A stretch of 59,145 nucleotides of DNA from Burkholderiales bacterium. GTDB taxonomy: Bacteria > Pseudomonadota > Gammaproteobacteria > Burkholderiales > SG8-41. Location of the stretch: positions 1 through 59,145 of the forward strand of contig JAIESJ010000226.1 of the NCBI GenBank assembly GCA_019746155.1, written 5' to 3'. The translations under genes were made by a program, and so were the position numbers. Positions 27,626 through 34,366 of this stretch are shown in pieces. The notes beneath the pieces were generated by a model, which did no database searches, was not told the origin of the DNA, and was given only the letters and a program-made list of their open reading frames with translations. Every line of letters starts with the position of its first letter. Positions within the stretch are counted from its first letter, which is position 1.

Positions 27626-27792
27626 AGCAGCCTGTCGGACTTCGGCCCCATTCACCGGAACGGGTGGTGTTAACGGATCGCCGTCGATCGGCGCTGCGGC
27701 GACAGGCTGCTTAAGAAAGAAGCTTTGCGTGTCGCAACGCCGTGTCGGTCGGAACCAACGTCGCTTGCATGGCGTTCTTTTCGCCTCGTTCT
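27626..27792 (+). repeat. Structured repeat family, copy C (hairpin core 27626-27711 plus extension)
   Basis: AGCAGCCTGTCG pairs with CGACAGGCTGCT. The copy is near-identical along its full length to the reverse complement of 11663-11830. Confidence 0.85.
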
Positions 27793-27899
27793 GTAGGTCT
27801 TGCCGTCACGCACCGAGGCAGCAGCGGCCTTTATTTCAAGGACGAGCGCGGATTCGTCTCGCCTGCGCGCTGGATCCGGAGTTCGATTGATGCCGGAGC

Positions 27900-28165
27900 G
27901 GGCGAGACGGGTTTGAACTGCAGCGTTCCCTTATGGTGATGGCCGCCCGGCGGATCACCTTGCCATTTGACGGGCGAGTAGGTCATGCTGCGTGTTCCTT
28001 GGTGAATTGCCAAATGAGTTCGCCGGTCTTCCCTGTTCGCGCAGCGACTTCTCGTCTCCCAGCACCATTTCGTGCGGCGGCTGCCCGACGTTCCGGAGCA
28101 CGATCCTCACGGTCTCGCCCCGCTTTACCGTGAATTGGGCGTGGTTGAAGCGCATGCTGATAACG
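27900..28165 (-). pseudogene. Decayed cupredoxin (plastocyanin/azurin-like copper protein) gene
   Basis: RFNHAQFTVKRGETVRIVLRNVGQPPHEMVLGDEKSLREQ is in one frame, GKTGELIWQFTKE in a second, and a His-rich PGGHHHKGTLQF remnant in a third. This implies frameshifts and an internal deletion. Confidence 0.4.
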
Positions 28166-28209
28166 CACAAGTTGCGCTGCACAGGGATGTCATCTCTGTC
28201 GAAAGGGGG

Positions 28210-28507
28210 CGGTGGTTTCGTAATCGAAGTAAGCAACCCCGGTGACGATATTTCCCCCGAGCATCTGCCCAGAATTCTCGGTCGATTCTACCGGGTCGAC
28301 ATTTCGCGGGGTAAATCGCAATCGTCATTTGGACTTGGCCTTGCCTTCGTGAAGTCCATCATGACGTTATACAACGGAGATGTTCACGTCGAAAGCGTGC
28401 CGAATGGATTTACGACATTCAGGTTGATCTTTCCAACAGGGCGAGCGCATCGCCCGCGGTATCGACATGCACCACGCCGCTTTCATGCAGAGCGAGCATT
28501 GCTGTAA
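28210..28507 (+). pseudogene. 3' fragment of a CusS/CopS-type histidine kinase (HATPase_c only)
   Basis: [73 protein letters not shown] parallels the C-terminus of the intact kinase at 54385-55803. No upstream kinase sequence is present. Confidence 0.7.
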
Positions 28508-28531
28508 ACAGCAAGCGTGTCAGAAGCAGGC

Positions 28532-28882
28532 TCAAATGGTGATTCCGAAACGGGCAAGGACAGGCACGGCTATCGCGTAGCACGCGAGCATGACGGCGAT
28601 CGATATGCCGAGGCTCGCATAGAAGCCGATCCCCGATTTCAGCAGCGCCGGCAATACCAGAAACATCGGCAGCGTCGGCAGCACCAGCCAGAACGTGCTG
28701 ACCGAAAGCTCGGCGATTTTTCCGGTATCTCGCGTGTCGAGATAAAGCCAGATCATGGCCAGAATGGAAATCAGCGGCAGCGATTTGATCAGCGCGCCGA
28801 GCCCGGCGTTGACCTTGGCGACTTCGGACACCGCGACGATGATCAGCGCGGAAAGAACGAGCTTGGTTGCGTAGTACAGCAT
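28532..28882 (-). CDS. DUF3147-family small membrane protein
   Basis: MLYYATKLVLSALIIVAVSEVAKVNAGLGALIKSLPLISILAMIWLY..., four hydrophobic helices. Start set to ATG 28882; the track ORF runs to 28924. Confidence 0.6.
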   Translation of the reverse strand: MLYYATKLVLSALIIVAVSEVAKVNAGLGALIKSLPLISILAMIWLYLDTRDTGKIAELSVSTFWLVLPTLPMFLVLPALLKSGIGFYASLGISIAVMLACYAIAVPVLARFGITI

Positions 28883-29002
28883 GGTTATCTCCTGGGTGCG
28901 GGCGATCCGCCGCACCGCAGGCACATCTTACTGCATCGGCGCAAAAATGACCTCGCCGCAGCGCAATGCCGCTGTCGGTTATCCTGCCGCCCGGCTTAAG
29001 AC

Positions 29003-29698
29003 TCAAACGGCCAATGCGGGAATCACCAGGAAATAGGCGTTCAACATGTAAAGCCCCGAAAGGATTAACGCGACACCGCCGGCGATTTCGAAGGCTTTCT
29101 GGAAGCCGGTCAAGGCTTTGAGGCTTTCCAGCCACCCGACCGTCCACGCACCCAGAATAATGGGAATCGCGCGCCCCAGCGCAAATGCAAACAACAGGGT
29201 GACACCGAAAAGCACCGAGCCGATGCCTGCCGCCACCCCGAGCAGAATCACCAGCACAGGTGTGCAAAAGGGGCAGACCGCTATGGAAAACGGCACGCCC
29301 AACGCGAAAGCTCCCCATGCCGTGGCGGCGCGTTCGGCGCGGAAGCTGAGGGCCGGCAGCGGCAGGCGGATCCAGCCCGGCCACGCGAGCCCCAACACGA
29401 TCAACAGGGGACCGAGCACCAGCCCCCACTCGCGCCCGAGGAGCTTTTGCACCCAGCTGCCGCCCAGGCTCGCGATCAGACCCAGCAACACGTGCGTGAC
29501 GATCATCCCGAGGATGAACATGCCGCCGAAGAGGAGTGCTTTCCGGGGCTGGTGTGCCTTGGTCACGTAGGCCAGTGAAACCGGTATCGCGGCGACCGCG
29601 ACCGGATTGAAGCTGAACAGGAATCCGGCCGCCAGGCCGATGCCAAGCGAGGCGGCGTTTGCTTGTTCCAGCGTACTTCTTAACGCATCGAGGTCCAT
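29003..29698 (-). CDS. CcdA/DsbD-type transmembrane thiol-disulfide electron transporter
   Basis: 231 aa, 6 TM, with an in-membrane Cys pair (CPFCTP). Confidence 0.7.
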   Translation of the reverse strand: MDLDALRSTLEQANAASLGIGLAAGFLFSFNPVAVAAIPVSLAYVTKAHQPRKALLFGGMFILGMIVTHVLLGLIASLGGSWVQKLLGREWGLVLGPLLIVLGLAWPGWIRLPLPALSFRAERAATAWGAFALGVPFSIAVCPFCTPVLVILLGVAAGIGSVLFGVTLLFAFALGRAIPIILGAWTVGWLESLKALTGFQKAFEIAGGVALILSGLYMLNAYFLVIPALAV

Positions 29699-29743
29699 GA
29701 GGCGAAATCCATGTTGACGATGCCGGGGAATGGCGTCGGGAGG

Positions 29744-30013
29744 CTAGCGCGCCTGCCCGAGACGCCTGATGAGCTCCGCGCGCAAGCGGTTCGGACTGGG
29801 CAGTGCGGGGAAAACGAGCTCCCCGTCGATCGCGATGGCGGGAGCAGACAGTATTCCGAGCTCGACCGCGTAATCCATCTCTTCCAGGATGTTCACGTCG
29901 CGCCAGCTAATCCGCTCCCGCCCGAGCTCTTCGACAATGGCTTTGAGCATTTCCTTCGCCTGGGCGCACTTGCCGCAGCCGGGTGAGGAGAACGCTTCGA
30001 TTTTGATGGTCAT
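29744..30013 (-). CDS. small thioredoxin-fold protein (CxxC, no signal peptide)
   Basis: 89 aa (MTIKIEAFSSPGCGKCAQAKEML...). ATG 30013 overlaps the MerR-family stop (ATGA); the track ORF runs to 30217. Confidence 0.7.
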   Translation of the reverse strand: MTIKIEAFSSPGCGKCAQAKEMLKAIVEELGRERISWRDVNILEEMDYAVELGILSAPAIAIDGELVFPALPSPNRLRAELIRRLGQAR

Positions 30014-30444
30014 TGATGGGCTCCCGATCGCGCGTTCTGTCCCGCGATGCTCGACTCGAGTGCGGCGAGTATCGGGCACTCGTCCAGCGGCTTCGCGTCG
30101 TGGGAGCAGACCTCGATCAGTTGATTCAGCGCCTGTGACATGGTCTTGAGCGCCTTGATCTTGCTCTCGAGTTGCAGCTTCTTCTCCACGGCCACGCGGT
30201 AGACATCGTTGCAGCATGACTGGTCATGGCCCTTGAGCTCGAGGAGCTCGCGGATCTCCGACAGCGAGAATCCGCACTGTTGCGCGTGCTTGATGAAGTT
30301 GATCCGGCGTACCGCTTCCTCGGTATAGAGCCGGTAGCCCGACTCGCTTTTCTGCGCAGGGCTGAGCAGACCTTCACGTTCATAAAAGCGGATGCTGTCC
30401 GCGCTGACCTGCGCGCGCGCGGCGACCTTGCCGATGGTGAGCAT
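30010..30444 (-). CDS. MerR-family heavy-metal-responsive regulator with Cys77/78-Cys113-Cys123 arrangement
   Basis: N-terminal wHTH (MLTIGKVAARAQVSADSIRFYEREGLL), a coiled-coil, and a CSHDAKPLDEC metal loop. Start at ATG 30444 with a GGAGG RBS; the track ORF runs to 30498. Confidence 0.85.
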   Translation of the reverse strand: MLTIGKVAARAQVSADSIRFYEREGLLSPAQKSESGYRLYTEEAVRRINFIKHAQQCGFSLSEIRELLELKGHDQSCCNDVYRVAVEKKLQLESKIKALKTMSQALNQLIEVCSHDAKPLDECPILAALESSIAGQNARSGAHQ

Positions 30445-30501
30445 AAACGCCTCCGGTTGAGGCCGGGTTGAATGCCTGGCGGTTGACAGTGAATTCACGG
30501 G

Positions 30502-30852
30502 TTAACGCCCTGTTTCCAATACCTCTATCGATTTGACGAGCTTCTCGCTTTTATCTGTGACATAGCTGACCGCCACAAGTTTTCCGCGCAGCGCGGGAAG
30601 ATAGAGATCTTCCTTGCCTTTTTTGATCGGGGTGCCGAGAGCGACCTTGAGGGTTATCTGATCCGGCTTGGCTCCTCCTTTGGTTTCGAGCGTAAGGTAG
30701 CCCTCGCATCCGCCGGGCTTAAACTGACAGGCGGTCAGCTTGGTGCTCACAACCGTTCCTTCAGCTTTTTCCTGGCCGAACCCAACTGATGGAAATAACA
30801 TTAACACAGACAATAATGCAGCGGGCAGGCTTAAGCCCAATCTTCTAAACAT
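30502..30852 (-). CDS. secreted 116-aa protein with C-x6-C pair, unknown function
   Basis: Signal peptide (LSLPAALLSVLMLFPSVGFG) and a mature part containing CQFKPGGC. Overlaps the stop of the upstream ABC ATPase by 8 nt. Confidence 0.6.
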   Translation of the reverse strand: MFRRLGLSLPAALLSVLMLFPSVGFGQEKAEGTVVSTKLTACQFKPGGCEGYLTLETKGGAKPDQITLKVALGTPIKKGKEDLYLPALRGKLVAVSYVTDKSEKLVKSIEVLETGR

Positions 30853-31714
30853 AAGGTTTGCTCCTTTCCTGGTTTAACGGTGGATCATGGGGTGCTGCCG
30901 ACTCGTCGTGCGAGGTGAGCCGGCCATCCTTGATATACACGATCCGGTCGGCCAACTGCGCCAAAGGTTCGGCGTGAGTTACCACGATCACCGTGCGCTC
31001 CGTGGCGATTTCCTTGAGCAGCTCGTAGATCATCTGCCCGGTTTTCGAGTCGAGATTTCCGGTGGGCTCGTCGGCCAGGATCAGCGGCGGATCGTTGGCA
31101 AGCGCCCGCGCGATCGCGACGCGCTGCTGTTCTCCGCCCGACAGCTCGCGGGGTTTGTGGTTCAGACGTTGCGCCAGGCCCACCCGCGAGAGCAGCTCTT
31201 TCGCGCGCCGACGCCGCGCGTCACGCGCGACGCCGTTGAATTCCATCGGCAGCATCACATTCTCCAGCGCGTCGAGGTTGGGGATGAGATTAAAACTCTG
31301 GAACACGAAGCCCACGGTTTGGCGTCGGAAACTGGTAAGGCTCGCTTCGGAGCGCGCGCTCAGAGATTGGCCGGCCACGATCACTTCGCCCGCCGTCGGC
31401 CGGTCCATGGCGCCGATAACGTGAAGCAGTGAGGATTTGCCGCTGCCACTCGCGCCAACGAGGGCGACCATACCACGCTCAGGCACTGTGAGGTTAATCC
31501 CGTCAAGCGCCTTCACGACCTGGGCACCGCGCTGATAGATCTTGCTGACGTCCCGCAGTGCAATTACTGAGGGCACCGCCAAATAGTGCGTAGTTGTAGG
31601 TCGGCAATCCTTTGCCGACACCCCGGCGGGAAGGGATTCCCGTCCTACGGCCCGTGCATGATTTCGTGGCCGTGTCAATAATGTGCCCCGGTCGCTGGTG
31701 TCGGTTTTATTCAT
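30845..31714 (-). CDS. ABC transporter ATP-binding protein (LolD/MacB-type)
   Basis: Walker [10 protein letters not shown], signature LSGGEQQRV, Walker [12 protein letters not shown]. Start set to ATG 31714 (MNKTD...); the track ORF runs to 31786. Confidence 0.88.
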   Translation of the reverse strand: MNKTDTSDRGTLLTRPRNHARAVGRESLPAGVSAKDCRPTTTHYLAVPSVIALRDVSKIYQRGAQVVKALDGINLTVPERGMVALVGASGSGKSSLLHVIGAMDRPTAGEVIVAGQSLSARSEASLTSFRRQTVGFVFQSFNLIPNLDALENVMLPMEFNGVARDARRRRAKELLSRVGLAQRLNHKPRELSGGEQQRVAIARALANDPPLILADEPTGNLDSKTGQMIYELLKEIATERTVIVVTHAEPLAQLADRIVYIKDGRLTSHDESAAPHDPPLNQERSKPYV

Positions 31715-32969
31715 GTCGAATCGCCTCCATGGGAGATAGTCGTATGATCTGCCTGATGCTCCATGCGCTTCCCGCGATTGCGGCAAAAAGACACGCCATG
31801 ATCAGAATCCCGAGCGTTGCCGGCCCGAATCTTGGCGTTAAAGCAAGAGTGCTGGCGAGCGTGTTGTAGTGCGCTGGAAGGAAAGGGGTGATTCCCAGCC
31901 CGAAAATCAATTGTGCGAGCGGCCCGCCCCCCAGCGCAAAGAGGAGCGCTCCCGTCAAGGCGCCTATGGCGCACATCAGGACCGCCTCGGTAAGAAAACC
32001 GATGACTATGCCCGAATTCGATGCCCCGAGCGCCTTGAAGGTGCCGATCTCCCATGCGCGTTCGCGAACCACCAGCAACATCACGAAGAAGATAACGATC
32101 ACCATCAGCGCTGCGGCGAGCGCAATTCCGCTGCTTGCCAGACGTTGCACCGCACGCGTCGCGGTCGTCTGGAATTCGGCTACCGTCGTGGGTGAAATGA
32201 TGTCCGCAACATTACCCAGCGTGGCCCTGAGCTCCTTCTCAACTGCGGGAAGGTGCTCGGCGGAATCGGCACGCACGTAAAGCCACGAAATACCTTCGCG
32301 CACGCCGTAGACCTCGCGGAACGTGTCGAGCGGCATAAATAGCTGCATATCGCCGAAAACGTACCCACTTGCGTAAATGCCGACGATAGTGAGCGTCACG
32401 GGCGGACGATCCAGGGCGAAGATCACAGGATGGGTGCGCTTGAAATCGAGTGTGAGCGTCGCTTGTCCGATATCTTGCGGCTTTAAACCCGCCCACTTGG
32501 CAAAGCCCTGGCCGATGATTGCCACGCGCTTGCCGCGGTCCGCCTCCGTGAGATCGCGGCCGGCGATGATTTTTGGATTACCGGCTTCGCCATGCGATTC
32601 AAGCCGCCGCGTGTCATCCGGATCGACGCCGACCACCATGGCGAAGTTGTGGCCTTCGGTGGGGGTCATGGCAAGAAGGTAGGGCTCCGCTTTCGCGACG
32701 TGATCCACGCTTTTTACCTTCGCCAGCGCGTCCTGCGGCAGAATGTCTTCGTTACCGACCATATTGACGTGGCCCATCGAGCCGCGCGCCCGCAACTGGA
32801 GCGTGTTGTTGACGCTCTCCTTCAACACGTCGGTTTGCCGTTGCACGGCATCGCCAATCGACTCCATCACGAGGAGCAGGAAGAACGGCGTGCCGATGAG
32901 CGCAGCCACGAGAACGAGGCGCAGCTTGCTCCGCCAGAGATTGCGTACGCCTATACGGACCATGCTCAT
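31707..32969 (-). CDS. FtsX/MacB-type ABC permease with large periplasmic domain (second of two)
   Basis: 420 aa with an N-terminal motif VRNLWRSKLR, one TM, a periplasmic domain of about 220 aa, and three C-terminal TMs. Confidence 0.85.
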   Translation of the reverse strand: MSMVRIGVRNLWRSKLRLVLVAALIGTPFFLLLVMESIGDAVQRQTDVLKESVNNTLQLRARGSMGHVNMVGNEDILPQDALAKVKSVDHVAKAEPYLLAMTPTEGHNFAMVVGVDPDDTRRLESHGEAGNPKIIAGRDLTEADRGKRVAIIGQGFAKWAGLKPQDIGQATLTLDFKRTHPVIFALDRPPVTLTIVGIYASGYVFGDMQLFMPLDTFREVYGVREGISWLYVRADSAEHLPAVEKELRATLGNVADIISPTTVAEFQTTATRAVQRLASSGIALAAALMVIVIFFVMLLVVRERAWEIGTFKALGASNSGIVIGFLTEAVLMCAIGALTGALLFALGGGPLAQLIFGLGITPFLPAHYNTLASTLALTPRFGPATLGILIMACLFAAIAGSAWSIRQIIRLSPMEAIRHE

Positions 32970-34192
32970 GCCGTCCTCCGCATCGCTTCGACGGGGCTCA
33001 GCCGCAAGCCCCGGATGACCGGGTAGATGCTTCCCAGCGCGGCAAAAACCATCGATCCCACCAGAATCAACAGGACGACGTCGCGATCGAACTCCATCGG
33101 CACTCCAAGAACGCGCCCGACCACCGCTGTAAGCGGCGCTGCGAGCAGCAATGCGCCCGCACCGCCCAGCGCGCTCATCGTGAAAGCTTCAGAAAGAAAC
33201 TGCAACACGACTTCACGATTCGACGCGCCGAGTGCTTTGAGCGTACCGATTTCGCATATGCGCTCGCGCGTGCTCAGGATCATGACGAACACGGTGAGTA
33301 CGGCTCCGATCGCAAAGAGCAACACGGCCGCATACGTGCTCGCCACGGCAAGAGTTCCCAACGTCACGCGGGCCGTCGAGACGGATTCCGGCGCGGTCAC
33401 CACATCCGCTTCCGGGATGCTCTTCAAGTCGGCGACCACCCGTTCGACATTCGCCACCGAGTCTACGGTGACAAAGATTTTTGAGAGTTTTTTGCCGGGA
33501 TTGAAAGTTTCGCGAAACGCCGCAATCGGAATGAAGACATGGTTGTCGCCGAAGTCGTTGGCGGTCGTATAGATGCCGATCACGCGGAACGACTGTTTGT
33601 TGAACACGATGTGGCGTTCCACGCCTTCGAGAGCGGAAGGGTCAGCAAGCCCCAGGCGCTGTTCCGCATACAGACGGCCCACGATCGCGACGTTCGCATT
33701 CTCGTCTTCCGCCGCGAGGGAACGGCCTGCGACGATACGGGCGTTTTCGTAATCGACCTCGCCGATCGCGCGCAGCGCGGCCCCGGGATGAAGGCCGATC
33801 ACCATGGCATACGCATTTTTTTTCGACGGATCGACCTCCGGTTTGTAAACATATTCGTCGACGCGGGCCAAATGGCGAGCGCTTGGAGTTCTTAAAACCG
33901 CTTGGAGCGTATCCACGGAGAAATGCTCTTCGCCTACCGGCTTGTCACCCCCGAAGCCACCCGTTCCAAAGGCGCCCGCTTCGCGCAGCTCGATAAGCGT
34001 GCGAATGCGTCCTTCCATGCCGGAGACCTGTGCGCGGCTCGCGAAGGACGCTTGCACCATCAGGGCAAGAAAGCCCGTTACTATCGAGAGCAGCACCACG
34101 ACCACCACGGCTCTCGCTCTGTTTCGGAATGGGTTGATGAAACCGCGGCCAATCGCGCTCACGGCTACGCTCTGAAGTGCGCCATCACGCAT
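32966..34192 (-). CDS. FtsX/MacB-type ABC permease with large periplasmic domain (first of two)
   Basis: Same architecture as the neighbouring permease but clearly diverged. 4-nt overlap with the next gene. The start is ambiguous (ATG 34192 or 34231). Confidence 0.85.
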   Translation of the reverse strand: MRDGALQSVAVSAIGRGFINPFRNRARAVVVVVLLSIVTGFLALMVQASFASRAQVSGMEGRIRTLIELREAGAFGTGGFGGDKPVGEEHFSVDTLQAVLRTPSARHLARVDEYVYKPEVDPSKKNAYAMVIGLHPGAALRAIGEVDYENARIVAGRSLAAEDENANVAIVGRLYAEQRLGLADPSALEGVERHIVFNKQSFRVIGIYTTANDFGDNHVFIPIAAFRETFNPGKKLSKIFVTVDSVANVERVVADLKSIPEADVVTAPESVSTARVTLGTLAVASTYAAVLLFAIGAVLTVFVMILSTRERICEIGTLKALGASNREVVLQFLSEAFTMSALGGAGALLLAAPLTAVVGRVLGVPMEFDRDVVLLILVGSMVFAALGSIYPVIRGLRLSPVEAMRRTA

Positions 34193-34366
34193 CTTCCCTG
34201 GTTCGTGAATTCCGCCGCACGTTGTTCGCATAGCTTGAAAAACTCCAATAGCAAGCGGATTACTTGATCAAACCAAGCCTGATTTTGATTTGCCATAATG
34301 ATCAAGACGGCCATATCTTCGGCATAATTCCGCGCAAGATCGTCCTCGATCGATCCCACTCGACTC

